A stretch of 63,252 nt of DNA from Burkholderiales bacterium (lineage in GTDB: Bacteria; Pseudomonadota; Gammaproteobacteria; Burkholderiales; SG8-41), in NCBI GenBank assembly GCA_050250695.1, contig JBFWOE010000005.1:1-63252 (forward strand). Reading direction: 5' to 3'. Below the pieces are notes generated by a model. The model was not told the origin of the DNA. It searched no databases and saw only the letters and a list, made by a program, of their open reading frames with translations. This document shows positions 28,677 to 38,519 of the stretch, in pieces. Each line of letters opens with the position of its first letter. Position 1 is the stretch's first letter. Made by a program: the position numbers and the translations under genes.

Positions 28677-29402
28677 TTGAAACCGGTCAAGGCCTACCGC
28701 AATCCCAGGTTCATCAACGGACCTGACGCGCGCGAGCTGCGCATCCTCGCCGAATACCTCGAACCGAAAAGTCGCCTCGCGGCTGAGGGCGTCGAGGACA
28801 CCATCACCTTCTTCGGTTCGGCGCGGCTGAAGCCGGGCTCGCCGTGGTACGAGGCGGCGCGTGAACTGGCTTTCCGGCTGACCACCTGGTCGAAGGGGCT
28901 GGATCCCGAGATCCAGCGCCGCTTCGTGGTCTGCACCGGCGGCGGCCCGGGCATCATGGAGGCGGCGAACCGCGGCGCATCCGAGGCGCGCGGCCGCAAT
29001 GTCGGCCTGACCATCGCACTGCCGCACGAGGAGGCCGTCAACCCGCATGTCACCCGCGAGCTGGCCTTCCATTTCCACTACTTTTTCATGCGCAAGTTCT
29101 GGCTGGCGTACATGGCGAAGGCAATGGTGGTGTTCCCCGGCGGCTATGGCACGCTCGACGAACTGTTCGAAGTGCTGACGCTGGTGCAGACCCGGCGCAT
29201 GAGCAAGCCGATGCCGATCGTGCTGTTCGGCACGCAGTACTGGGGCGAGGTGATCAACTTCGACGCGCTGGTGCGCCACGGCACCATAGACGCCAAGGAC
29301 GTGGAGCTGGTGCACCGCACTGATTCGGTGGACGACGCCTTCGAGTGGCTGCAGCGTCATCTCACAGAAGAAGCTCTGGGAAAACCGGGACCAATGTTGT
29401 AA
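28677..29402 (+). CDS. LOG family protein (nucleotide monophosphate nucleosidase)
   Basis: FFGSAR, TGGGPGIMEAANRGA, FFMRK, PGGYGTLDE. Confidence 0.92.
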   Translation: MKPVKAYRNPRFINGPDARELRILAEYLEPKSRLAAEGVEDTITFFGSARLKPGSPWYEAARELAFRLTTWSKGLDPEIQRRFVVCTGGGPGIMEAANRGASEARGRNVGLTIALPHEEAVNPHVTRELAFHFHYFFMRKFWLAYMAKAMVVFPGGYGTLDELFEVLTLVQTRRMSKPMPIVLFGTQYWGEVINFDALVRHGTIDAKDVELVHRTDSVDDAFEWLQRHLTEEALGKPGPML

Positions 29403-29460
29403 CTTTGCGTCCGGTCACGCATCCTTCGCATAACCCGAACGAGAAAAAGGAAATCCCCGA

Positions 29461-30201
29461 ATGGCCCTGCTCGAACAGCATGTCACCGTCACCACCAAAT
29501 ACGGCAAGTGCCCGGCATTTGCCGCCTGCCCCGACGCGCCGGGCCGCTTTCCCGGCATCATTTTCTACATGGATGCGCCGGGGTTCCGCGAGGAGCTGTG
29601 CAACATGGCGCGACGCATCGCCAAACACGGCTACTTCTGCCTGCTGCCCGACATGTACTACCGGCTCGGCACCTGCCGCTTCGACATCCCGCGCCGCAAC
29701 GACGCGATGTCGGCGGTGATCAAGGCGGCGATGAACAGCCTCAGCAACGCCGACGTCACCGACGATACCGCGGCCTTCATCAACTGGCTCGATGCGCAGG
29801 ACAAGGTGTCGGAGGGCGCGGTCGGCAGCGTGGGCCACTGCATGAGTGGCCGCTACATCACCACCGCGGCGGCGCGGTTCCCCCGGATGAAGGCGGCGGC
29901 CTCGCTCTACGGCGTCGGCATCGTCACCGACAAGGAAGATTCGCCGCACAAGCTGCTTGGCCAGATCAAGGGCGAACTCTATTACGCCTTTGCCGAGAAA
30001 GACGCCTCGGTACCGGCGCAGGAAGTCATCGACCTTGCCGCGGCGCTGAAAAAGGCGGGCACGAGACACGCGCTCGAAACCCTGCCCGGCACCCAGCACG
30101 GTTTCTGTTTCGCCGAACGCGCGGTCTACCACCCGGTGGCTTCGGAGCACACCTGGGAGCGGATATTCGACCTGTGGGACCGGAACCTGAAACAGACCTG
30201 A
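29461..30201 (+). CDS. dienelactone hydrolase family protein
   Basis: GHCMSG nucleophile elbow; HGF. Confidence 0.9.
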   Translation: MALLEQHVTVTTKYGKCPAFAACPDAPGRFPGIIFYMDAPGFREELCNMARRIAKHGYFCLLPDMYYRLGTCRFDIPRRNDAMSAVIKAAMNSLSNADVTDDTAAFINWLDAQDKVSEGAVGSVGHCMSGRYITTAAARFPRMKAAASLYGVGIVTDKEDSPHKLLGQIKGELYYAFAEKDASVPAQEVIDLAAALKKAGTRHALETLPGTQHGFCFAERAVYHPVASEHTWERIFDLWDRNLKQT

Positions 30202-30222
30202 TCACCACCTGAAGGAGCCAAC

Positions 30223-30639
30223 ATGTACCAGCAATCCGCCGTCACCGGCAGCTGCCTGTGCGGGTCGGTGAAATTCGAGATCACGCCGCCGTCCACGGCG
30301 TTCCGTTATTGCCACTGTACGCGCTGCCGCAAGGCCACCGGCGCCGCGCATGCCGCCAACCTGTTCGTGCCGGCGGGCCAGTTCAAATGGCTGGCCGGCG
30401 AGTCGCTGCTGAATCAGTTCGACCTGCCGGGCGCCAAGCGCTTCGCGGTGAAATTCTGCACGCAGTGCGGCACCCGCATGCCGCACCAGGTCACCGGCAC
30501 CGAAAACATGCTGATTCCCGCCGGCGTGCTCGACGCCACGCCCGACCTCAGGCCCGACGGCAGCATCTTCTGGGGGTCGAAGGCAGGATGGTTCGTCGAG
30601 ACGACTGAACTGCCGAAACACGAGGAATACGGCAGGTAA
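30223..30639 (+). CDS. GFA family (glutathione-dependent formaldehyde-activating) protein
   Basis: GSCLCG, CHCTRCRK, FCTQCG. Confidence 0.93.
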   Translation: MYQQSAVTGSCLCGSVKFEITPPSTAFRYCHCTRCRKATGAAHAANLFVPAGQFKWLAGESLLNQFDLPGAKRFAVKFCTQCGTRMPHQVTGTENMLIPAGVLDATPDLRPDGSIFWGSKAGWFVETTELPKHEEYGR

Positions 30640-30663
30640 AAATCACGACGGGCAGCGGCCACG

Positions 30664-32286
30664 TTATTTTTTCGGGGACGACCTGGCTTCGTTCAGGATA
30701 TCCAGCTCTGCGCGATAGGTCGCGGACTGGATCTCGAAGAAGCCGAGCAGGGTGTGGAACATGTTGTTGTGGGAGTAGCGCTGCGCCGCCTTGTGCAGCA
30801 TGGCCTGCGGCGTCACCGCGTGAAAATTCGCGCCGAACCACATCACTGCGGGCACATGGAGCTGTGCGTCGGGCGCAATGGCCTTGGGCAGTCCGTGCAG
30901 GTAAAGCCCGTTTTCACCCAGCGATTCGCCGTGATCGCTGACATAGAACAGCGCGGTTTCGAAGCGGCTGTCGTTTTTCTCCAGCAGTTCGATGGCCTGC
31001 GCCAGGAAGTGGTCGGTATAGAGGATGGCGTTGTCGTAGGCATTGCCGATTTCCTCGCGGCTGCAGCGGCTCAAGTCGCTTTCACGGCATACCGGCGTGA
31101 ATTTCTCGAACGCCGGCGGATAGCGGCGGTGATAGGCCGGGCCGTGGTTGCCCATCTGGTGCAGCACGATGAGGATGTCGCCGGCCGGATGCGTGTCGAT
31201 GTACTGCTGCAGGCCGACCAGCATGCCTTCGTCGCGGCACTCGGTGTCGCAGACCGTGTTGACGGCGGCGGATTTGTAATCCTGGTATTCGACCCGGCTT
31301 GCCACGCCCTTGGAGTCCGAGTTGTTGTCGCGCCACAGCACGTTCACGCCGCTGCGCTGCAGGACATCGAGGAGATTTTCCTGGCGGGTGATGGCCGCTG
31401 CACCCTTGGCTTCGCCGTCGAGCAGGAACATGCACGGCACCGATACCGCTGTGGATGTGCCGCAGGCGCGGAAATTGGTCAGGCTGAGGACATTCTTCCC
31501 GCGCAGCCGCGGGTTGGTGTCCCGCGTATAACCGTTCAGTGAAAAGTGGTCGGCGCGCGCGGTTTCGCCGACGACCATGATGACCAGTTCCCGTTCCACA
31601 TCGCTGACGGGGATTGCGGCATCGGCACCGATCACTTCGACCGGCACCGCCCTGGTGGAACGGAACTGCTGGGCGGCAAATTTCGCCGCGGAATAGAGCG
31701 GGTAGACCGGGTTTGCGTGCTGGCGCAGTTCCTTGTGCACCCGGAAAAACGAAGCATAAAAACTGCCGAAACCCAGCACGGTCGCGATCACCAGCGCCAG
31801 CGCCGCGCCGGCGAGCTTCAGGCGCGACAGAATTTCCGCGCCCGGCGTCTGCCGGCGCAGACGCACCCTGGCCACCATCAGTGCCGGCAGCAAGCCCAGC
31901 AGCAGCAGGTAGGCGAACAGTTTGGGAGTGACCAGTTCCAGCGTTTCCGCGACATTGGTATGCACGACGTTGCGCAGCATGTCGTCGCTGATGATGATGC
32001 CGTAGGTGTCCATGAAGTACGCGGCGGCGGCCGACAGCAGCAGCACCCCGATCAGCACCGGCCGGGTCGCGCTGCGCAGGCACAGCGGCGCGGTCAGCAG
32101 CACGCTGATTCCGCCGAAAACCACCGCCAGGGACAGCACGGCAAGGAGGCTGCCGCTGCCGAAAGGATAGGTCTTCAGGACATTGGTGACGAAAGCGCCG
32201 TTGCCGAAAAGAACGACAAATCCGCTTACTGCGAGTATCAGCGCGTTGGTCGTGAGTCCGTCGCGGGGAATAAGGGGGATTTTCAT
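30664..32286 (-). CDS. eptA: lipid A phosphoethanolamine transferase (EptA/MCR family)
   Basis: N-terminal TM helices; VVGETARA, CGTSTAVSVPCMF, HQMGNHGP, YDN, SDHGESLGE. Confidence 0.9.
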   Translation of the reverse strand: MKIPLIPRDGLTTNALILAVSGFVVLFGNGAFVTNVLKTYPFGSGSLLAVLSLAVVFGGISVLLTAPLCLRSATRPVLIGVLLLSAAAAYFMDTYGIIISDDMLRNVVHTNVAETLELVTPKLFAYLLLLGLLPALMVARVRLRRQTPGAEILSRLKLAGAALALVIATVLGFGSFYASFFRVHKELRQHANPVYPLYSAAKFAAQQFRSTRAVPVEVIGADAAIPVSDVERELVIMVVGETARADHFSLNGYTRDTNPRLRGKNVLSLTNFRACGTSTAVSVPCMFLLDGEAKGAAAITRQENLLDVLQRSGVNVLWRDNNSDSKGVASRVEYQDYKSAAVNTVCDTECRDEGMLVGLQQYIDTHPAGDILIVLHQMGNHGPAYHRRYPPAFEKFTPVCRESDLSRCSREEIGNAYDNAILYTDHFLAQAIELLEKNDSRFETALFYVSDHGESLGENGLYLHGLPKAIAPDAQLHVPAVMWFGANFHAVTPQAMLHKAAQRYSHNNMFHTLLGFFEIQSATYRAELDILNEARSSPKK

Positions 32287-32451
32287 GAACCGGGGTTATG
32301 CCGCTGCGCGTTCACGACAGGGATTGCGCAGTGGTTGGCGGCAGGGGATGTGATGGACAGGGCTGGAAAAATATCAATAAAAACATATAGTTGTTTAATT
32401 CCTGGCGGTGCGTACGTTGGAACGTAACGACAGCACCATGGTTCCCGGCCT

Positions 32452-34011
32452 TCAGCGCCGTTTCTTTGTGCCGGCGATGATTTCCTGGCGCACGTCGGTG
32501 ATCGCGCGCGCGCGCGAGGCGTGTACCCCGGTGCAGTGCTCGGTGCGCGGGCAGTTGCTGCTGCGCGGGCAGATCACCCGCGCCGGGCGCGACAGCGCGT
32601 CTTCCACCCAGGCGATGTTGAGCACCCGTGACACCGCGCGGATCGCTTCGGCCGCGGCGCGCGGGATTTTTCCCTGGCCGCGCTGGCGCACGCATTCGTC
32701 GGTGATTTCCTCCACCAGGCTGTCGGCGTCCGCGGTGTGTGAGCGCAATGCCGGCACCAGGTCGATGCCCACCGACAGCACGTGCGGATTGCCCGCCATG
32801 TCGGCAGTGCGCCGCGAGTGGCAGCAATAGAGCAATGACCGGTTGCCGTCGCGCAGCACCGAGATCTGCGAGCCGCGGTCCGGGCCGCTCCTGGCGTCGA
32901 GCATGCGGAACACCGCCCAGTTGGGGCAGGGGTCGCTGACCTGCGCCATGTTGCCCCAGGGCAGAGGGATGCCGTTGCCGCGGTAGACCGCGCGCAGGAA
33001 GCCGGGCGGATAGGCGTCGAAGAAATGCCAGTACGGATAGGGCGAGACCTTGGTCATGCGCCGCATCACAGCCGCCGGCGTCAGGTCGATTTTTTCACCG
33101 GCCTCGACGCGGTACGACTCGCGGGTGAGGAAACGCCGGAACGGCACCTTGGGACAGAGCAGCGCGCCGGCAAAAAAACTGCACTCGAAATCACGCCAGG
33201 CATGGAGCACGTCCTGCGGGCTCATGCCGCCGCCGATGCTACCGTCGGGACTGCCGCCCATCTCGCCGCCGGTGGCGTGCGCGGCCTTCAGCCCGTCGCC
33301 ATCGTGCAGGATCCTGTGGCCGAGGTGCGAGGCGAGGTCGAACTTCAGTCGCGACGGGTCTGATTCCAGCGCGCGGTTGAGGTATATCGTGTCCGGCGCT
33401 TCGTAGAACGAGCGCACCATACTGCGCAGTTCGCGGTCGTTGTCGCGGGCCAGTACAGGCTTGCGATCGAACCATTGCAGCTTCAGGCCGTGGCGGCGGC
33501 ACAGGCCGAACAGGTCGTCGACATCGAGCGGGAATTTGCGCTGGCCGACATTTTCCGCGGCGCGCTCGAGGTCGGGGAAGTCATTGCGCGACATTTCCTG
33601 GTGGGAGCGGATCAGCAGGTGCGCGAACTGCCGCCCGGTGGTGCCGGTCTGCGCCAGCAGCTCGGGTATTGCCGCCTGCAGCAGCTCCTTCGAAAACAGG
33701 AAAGCCGGTTCCAGCGGCACCGCCGCCGCGCCGCCGCCGCGCTGTTCCGCGACCGCGGTTTCAGTTTCCGGATTGTTGTCGAGAAACCATTTTACCTCGC
33801 GCTGGAACAGCGCCGACAGCAGTTCGAGCACTTCCGGGGAGGGCACGCGTTTGCCGCTCTCGATCATGCTCAGGTACGACACCGAAGGCGCCCTGGCCGG
33901 ATCGTGCTGCACGCAGCGCGCGGAGAGTTCCTCCAGCGTTAGGCCGTTCCTTTTGCGCAGCGCGCGCAGCTTGGTGCCGAGGAAGTGGCTCTGGCGGATG
34001 TGATGGCTCAT
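32452..34011 (-). CDS. XRE-HTH regulator, DUF3612 / short-chain fatty acyl-CoA regulator (RamB/ScfR-like) family
   Basis: LGTKLRALRK..SVSYLSMIESGKR HTH; FPDLE; FFAGALLCP; HFFDAY; CPNWAVF. Confidence 0.85.
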   Translation of the reverse strand: MSHHIRQSHFLGTKLRALRKRNGLTLEELSARCVQHDPARAPSVSYLSMIESGKRVPSPEVLELLSALFQREVKWFLDNNPETETAVAEQRGGGAAAVPLEPAFLFSKELLQAAIPELLAQTGTTGRQFAHLLIRSHQEMSRNDFPDLERAAENVGQRKFPLDVDDLFGLCRRHGLKLQWFDRKPVLARDNDRELRSMVRSFYEAPDTIYLNRALESDPSRLKFDLASHLGHRILHDGDGLKAAHATGGEMGGSPDGSIGGGMSPQDVLHAWRDFECSFFAGALLCPKVPFRRFLTRESYRVEAGEKIDLTPAAVMRRMTKVSPYPYWHFFDAYPPGFLRAVYRGNGIPLPWGNMAQVSDPCPNWAVFRMLDARSGPDRGSQISVLRDGNRSLLYCCHSRRTADMAGNPHVLSVGIDLVPALRSHTADADSLVEEITDECVRQRGQGKIPRAAAEAIRAVSRVLNIAWVEDALSRPARVICPRSSNCPRTEHCTGVHASRARAITDVRQEIIAGTKKRR

Positions 34012-34035
34012 GGCGTCGACGGTATCCGGGGGCGG

Positions 34036-34114
34036 TGTGAAAAAAGGGCTGTGAAAGCGCCGGCAGCAGGCCGGATTTCTGTGAAATTAACATTGTGAAA
34101 TTTCTAATGTCAAA
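34036..34114. promoter_or_regulatory. 14-bp-periodic TGTGAAA operator array
   Basis: TGTGAAA at 34036, 34050, 34080 and 34094, TGTCAAA at 34108; lies between the divergent regulator and its neighbour. Confidence 0.7.
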
Positions 34115-34195
34115 TTTTTCAGAAATTTTGCCTATGATGCAAAACATCACGGTTCGCGGTCTGCCGTCATCCAGGTCATTACAGGGGAGGTTGCC

Positions 34196-35308
34196 ATGCA
34201 ATTCAGGGTCCTGATACTCGGGGCGTCGTACGGTTCGCTGCTCGGCAGCAAGCTGCTGATGGCGGGACATCGCGTGTCGCTGGTGTGCACGGCGCCCACC
34301 GCCCGCCTGATCAACCGCGAAGGCACCCGGGTGCGCTTTCCGCTGCGTGGCCGGATGCTGCCGCTGGAGATCGCTTCCCGCGACCTGCCCGGAGAACTGG
34401 CGGCGATGACGCCCGCCGAGGTCGATCCGCGGGGCTACGACCTGATCGTGCTCGGCATGCAGGAGGCACAGTACGGCGCGGATGGCGTGCGCGAGCTGAT
34501 GCGCCGCATCGCACGCGCGCGCAAACCCTGCCTCGCCATCATGAACATGCCGCCGCTGCCCTACCTGAGGCGCCTGCCGGGCTTGTTCGTCGACGCGCTC
34601 GAAACCTGCTACACCGATCCCGCGCTGTGGGACGGTTTCGACCCGGCGCTGATGACGCTGGCGAGCCCCGACCCGCAGGCCTTCCGCCCGCCGGAGTCGC
34701 AGAAGAACGTGCTGCAGGTTGGCCTGCCCACCAACTTCAAGGCGGCGCGCTTCGAATCGGAAGAACACAACGTGATCCTGCGCCGGCTTGAAGCCGACAT
34801 CGAGGCGGCGCGCCACACGGTCGACGGCGAGTTGCTGGAAATACCGGTGAAACTGAAAGTGCACGATTCGCTGTTCGTGCCGCTCGCCAAGTGGCCGATG
34901 CTGATCACCGGCAACTACCGCTGCGTGCGCCGCCACGACATGATCACCATCCGCGATGCGGTGCACGGTGACCTCGAACGTTCGCGCCGCATCTACGAAT
35001 GGGCGGCCGGCCTGTGCATGACGCTGGGCGCTGATGCCGGCGACCTGGTGCCGTTCGACAAATATGCAAAAGCGGCTGAAGGTCTCGTCAAACCCTCGTC
35101 CGCGGCGCGCGCGCTGTTCGGCGGCGCGCAGCACATTGAACGCGTTGACAGCCTGGTGCAGCGGATCGCCTGGCAGAAGGGCACCGAATGCGGCGTGCTG
35201 GAAGAGGTCGTCGGCCTGGTCGATGCCCGGCTCGAGAAAAACCGCGGCAGGCCGGTGGTGGAGGAAAAGCCGCCCTTCGCTTTCATGCCGGAATCTGCAC
35301 TGGCCTGA
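34196..35308 (+). CDS. Rossmann-fold protein, distantly ketopantoate reductase-like
   Basis: RVLILGASYGSLLG N-terminal dinucleotide-binding-like motif; GGAGG RBS. Confidence 0.7.
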   Translation: MQFRVLILGASYGSLLGSKLLMAGHRVSLVCTAPTARLINREGTRVRFPLRGRMLPLEIASRDLPGELAAMTPAEVDPRGYDLIVLGMQEAQYGADGVRELMRRIARARKPCLAIMNMPPLPYLRRLPGLFVDALETCYTDPALWDGFDPALMTLASPDPQAFRPPESQKNVLQVGLPTNFKAARFESEEHNVILRRLEADIEAARHTVDGELLEIPVKLKVHDSLFVPLAKWPMLITGNYRCVRRHDMITIRDAVHGDLERSRRIYEWAAGLCMTLGADAGDLVPFDKYAKAAEGLVKPSSAARALFGGAQHIERVDSLVQRIAWQKGTECGVLEEVVGLVDARLEKNRGRPVVEEKPPFAFMPESALA

Positions 35309-35331
35309 TTTTCGCGGGGGAAGGTTTGATG

Positions 35332-35358
35332 ACGGCGCCCGCGGGCGCCGTTTTTTTT
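35332..35358 (+). terminator. intrinsic terminator
   Basis: ACGGCGCCC/GGGCGCCGT hairpin followed by a T-tract. Confidence 0.8.
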
Positions 35359-35433
35359 CCGGCTGCGGCGCCGGAACCCCCGCCATGCCGTGCTACAGTT
35401 CCGCGGGTTTTTCCACCGCAGGCGGAGCGAACC

Positions 35434-36432
35434 GTGAAAATCATAGACATTCATGCCCACATCGTTCCCGACTCGATGTGGCGCGCCATCGAATCCGGGC
35501 AGGACTGGCACGGCTTCGAACACGAGCCCGGGGAGAACTTCGGCACCATGGTCGCCTGCGGCCAGCGCACCGAATTTTCCTCGCCCAAGGTGCGATACAC
35601 GGTGGCAGAGCGCATCCGCGACATGGATGCGCAGAAGGTGGACGTGCAGGTGCTGTCGATCCACACACCGTTCGTCGGTTACCACCTCGAGCCGCAGCAG
35701 GGTTTGGCGCTGGCGCGCGATTTCAACGACGAACTCGGCGCCACCGTGCGCCAGTCGAACGGTCGGCTCGCCGGGTTTGCGACGCTGCCGGTGCAGGACA
35801 CGGGGCTCGCGATCGCCGAACTCGAGCGAGCGGTGACCACGCTGGGCCTGAAGGGCGCGTCACTGGACACCAACGTCAACGGCGAACAGTGGGACGAGCC
35901 GCGGTTCCTGCCTTTTTTCAAGGCCGCCGAGCAGCTCGGCGCGGTGCTGTTCTACCATCCGCAGCCGCGCAACAACTTTCTCGTGCAGCGCATACCGCGC
36001 CACGGGTTGAGCAACACCCTCGGGGTGATCCTCGACGACGCGATCGTCACCGCGGCGCTGATCTGCGGCGGCGTGCTGGAAAAATGCCCCGACCTGAAAG
36101 TCTGCATCGCCCACGGCGGCGGGCCGGCCTGTTATGCGATGGGGCGCATCGACCGCAGCTGGCATGACCGTCCGGCGACGCGTACCACGCCGAAGCCGCC
36201 GGGCGAGTACATGAACAGGCTCTACTACGATACCGTCACCGGCGATGAGGCGGCGCTGCGTTTCCTGATCGACCGCGTCGGCGCCGACCGCGTGGTGCTG
36301 GGCAGCGACTGGCCGTTCGTGAAATGGCATCCCTCGCCGGTCACCTGGATCGAGGACAACGGCGCGCTGACGGCGGAAGAAAAGGAAAAAATCCTCTGGA
36401 AAAACCTCGCGCAGCTGCTCGACATCCGCTGA
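35434..36432 (+). CDS. amidohydrolase 2 family (ACMSD-like decarboxylase)
   Basis: IIDIHAH, FYHP, IAHGGG, LYYDTV, VLGSDWPF; GTG start. Confidence 0.9.
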   Translation: MKIIDIHAHIVPDSMWRAIESGQDWHGFEHEPGENFGTMVACGQRTEFSSPKVRYTVAERIRDMDAQKVDVQVLSIHTPFVGYHLEPQQGLALARDFNDELGATVRQSNGRLAGFATLPVQDTGLAIAELERAVTTLGLKGASLDTNVNGEQWDEPRFLPFFKAAEQLGAVLFYHPQPRNNFLVQRIPRHGLSNTLGVILDDAIVTAALICGGVLEKCPDLKVCIAHGGGPACYAMGRIDRSWHDRPATRTTPKPPGEYMNRLYYDTVTGDEAALRFLIDRVGADRVVLGSDWPFVKWHPSPVTWIEDNGALTAEEKEKILWKNLAQLLDIR

Positions 36433-36492
36433 AGGGGTGCCGGCACCGGCACCGATCGGTGTCATGCGCGATCGATGCCGGAGTGTGCGGCC

Positions 36493-37467
36493 TCAGCGGG
36501 TCTTGATACCCGCCTTCTGCACGATGTCGGTGTACTTGGTGATCTCGCCCTTGATCAGCTTGGTCAGTTCCTCGGGGCTGCTGCCCACGGGATCCAGCGC
36601 CTGCTGTTGGTAGAACTCGCGCACGGCCTTCGCGTCCAGGGCCTGTTTCACCTGCGCGTTGAGCGTGGTCACCACGTTCTTCGGCGTGCCCGCGGGCACG
36701 AACACCGCGTACCACTGGTCGGTCACGAAGCCGGGATAGAAGGTGTTCATCGTCGGCAGGGACGGGTTCCACGCGGTCGGTTTTTCGGTGGATACGGCGA
36801 TCGCGCGCACGCGTTTGGCGTTGATGTGCGTCATCAGCGCCGGCGGCGTGTTGAACAGCATGTCGGCTTCGCCTGTGGCGAGTCCCAGCCCCGACGGACC
36901 GCCGCCCTTGTACTGGATGATCACGCTCTTGGCCTTGGTGAACTGCTTGAACATTTCCGCGGAGAGGTGGCTGGTGGTGCCCACGCCGTTGGCGGCGATG
37001 TTCAGCCCGCTCGGCGCCTTCAGGGAAAGCGCAACCAGTTCTTTCACCGTCCTCGCAGGAACGCTGGGATGCACCGCCAGCACCAGAGCCGTGTTGCTGA
37101 CCCACGTTACCGGGTCGAGGTCCTTCAGCAGGTTGAAGCGGATGGACTTCTTCTGCAGCACCGCGTTCAGCGAAATCGAGGCCGAGGTCATCAGTACCGT
37201 GTAGCCGTCGGGCGCGGCCTTGGTGACGGCTTCGGCACCTATCAGTCCGCCGTTGCCGGTGCGGTTCTCGACAAGGAAGTTCTGCTTCAGGCCCGCGCGC
37301 AGCCTGTCCGCGAGCAGGCGACCCTGCAGGTCAGTGCCGCCGCCGGTGCTGAAGGGCACGATGAAGCGGACCGGTTTTTCGGGATAGGCAGCCGATGCGG
37401 AGCCAATGGTGCCGAAAACCATGAATGCCAATGCCAACATGTTCCTGCACAGTTCTGATTTGATCAT
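36493..37467 (-). CDS. Bug/TctC substrate-binding protein
   Basis: YPEKPVRFIVPFSTGGGTD; YKGGGP. Confidence 0.92.
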   Translation of the reverse strand: MIKSELCRNMLALAFMVFGTIGSASAAYPEKPVRFIVPFSTGGGTDLQGRLLADRLRAGLKQNFLVENRTGNGGLIGAEAVTKAAPDGYTVLMTSASISLNAVLQKKSIRFNLLKDLDPVTWVSNTALVLAVHPSVPARTVKELVALSLKAPSGLNIAANGVGTTSHLSAEMFKQFTKAKSVIIQYKGGGPSGLGLATGEADMLFNTPPALMTHINAKRVRAIAVSTEKPTAWNPSLPTMNTFYPGFVTDQWYAVFVPAGTPKNVVTTLNAQVKQALDAKAVREFYQQQALDPVGSSPEELTKLIKGEITKYTDIVQKAGIKTR

Positions 37468-37670
37468 GATTTCTCCTCGGTTATAGGGCGCGGCGTTGTT
37501 AACCCCTGTATCCGGGTCCCGTATGTGTTGCCGTGCTTGCGGAATATTAGACCTTTTCAGGTTGGGCGTCTCAGCTGAGCGGCAATGCCAGCCTGTTTGC
37601 GCTGGGTCAAACAGGTTGCCCGGGGTGTGGGTATGATGAAGCCGGTCCATCCACACGAGGTGCATTGATC

Positions 37671-37826
37671 ATGAAAAGAACCACGGATACCATCAAGGCT
37701 CCCGCAAAAAACAGCGCTACGGCTGGCCGTCAACAGGTTCGTCAGGAAACCCGTCGCACCCAGGTGCCGCGCCAGTCGCAGCGTCCGGGCGAACGCAGTA
37801 ACCAGAGGCGCAGCGGCAAGTCCTGA
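37671..37826 (+). CDS. candidate small basic protein (51 aa)
   Basis: Manual translation MKRTTDTIKAPAKNSATAGRQQVRQETRRTQVPRQSQRPGERSNQRRSGKS; GAGGTG upstream; shorter than the ORF-track cutoff. Confidence 0.4.
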   Translation: MKRTTDTIKAPAKNSATAGRQQVRQETRRTQVPRQSQRPGERSNQRRSGKS

Positions 37827-37869
37827 AACGAAACGGAATGGCCGGTGCGCGTCATAACGAGGATCGACC

Positions 37870-38472
37870 ATGCATTATTTCTTTTTCTGTCGCGACAATC
37901 CCGGTGTCGGTGCACTGCGCAAGCAGACCGAGCAGGCGCACTGGGCCTTCATGGACGGCTATGCGGCGGGATTTGTCGCGCGCGGCCCGACGCTGACCGC
38001 CGACGGCAGCGCACAGACCGGCAGCATGCACATCGTCGACCTGCCCGATGCCGCCGCGGTGCAGCGTTTCGCCTACGAAGAGCCGCGGCACAAGGCCGGG
38101 CTCTATGGCGAAGTGATCATCGGCCGCTGGCGCAACGAAAGTGGCCGCACGATGTGGGAGTACGCGGCACCGCTCGGCGATGAACAGCGTTTCCTGATCA
38201 TCGCGCGGGGCGATCCTGAAGCTGCAGACAAGGCCGAGGCGTTACTCGTAGCGCGGCGCGCGCATTTCGCCAGGCACGGGGCGGAAGAACGCGTCATCGT
38301 CACCGGCTCATTGCTGGATGACGACGGCAATGCCTGGGCCGGCACGGTGATGATGATCCAGATGCCCGACCGGGCGGCCTTCGATGCGCTGTGGCGCGAA
38401 GATCCGCTGGTGAAGGCGGGGGCTTACCGCTCGGTGGAAGTGCACCGCTGGATGTTCGGCGGGCGACGCTGA
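37870..38472 (+). CDS. tandem YciI domain protein
   Basis: Two YciI-like units: H..F..ARGPTL..TGSMHIV..EP and H...TGSLL..GTVMMI..DP. Confidence 0.85.
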   Translation: MHYFFFCRDNPGVGALRKQTEQAHWAFMDGYAAGFVARGPTLTADGSAQTGSMHIVDLPDAAAVQRFAYEEPRHKAGLYGEVIIGRWRNESGRTMWEYAAPLGDEQRFLIIARGDPEAADKAEALLVARRAHFARHGAEERVIVTGSLLDDDGNAWAGTVMMIQMPDRAAFDALWREDPLVKAGAYRSVEVHRWMFGGRR

Positions 38473-38519
38473 ATAAAAATCAATAAAAACAAAATATTAC
38501 ACAGATACTCCGGGCGACA

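Noticed and set aside
30199-30225. Dienelactone hydrolase TGA in frame with the downstream GFA gene
   Set aside because: Both proteins are full length and GFA has its own AAGGAG RBS; the shared frame is coincidental.
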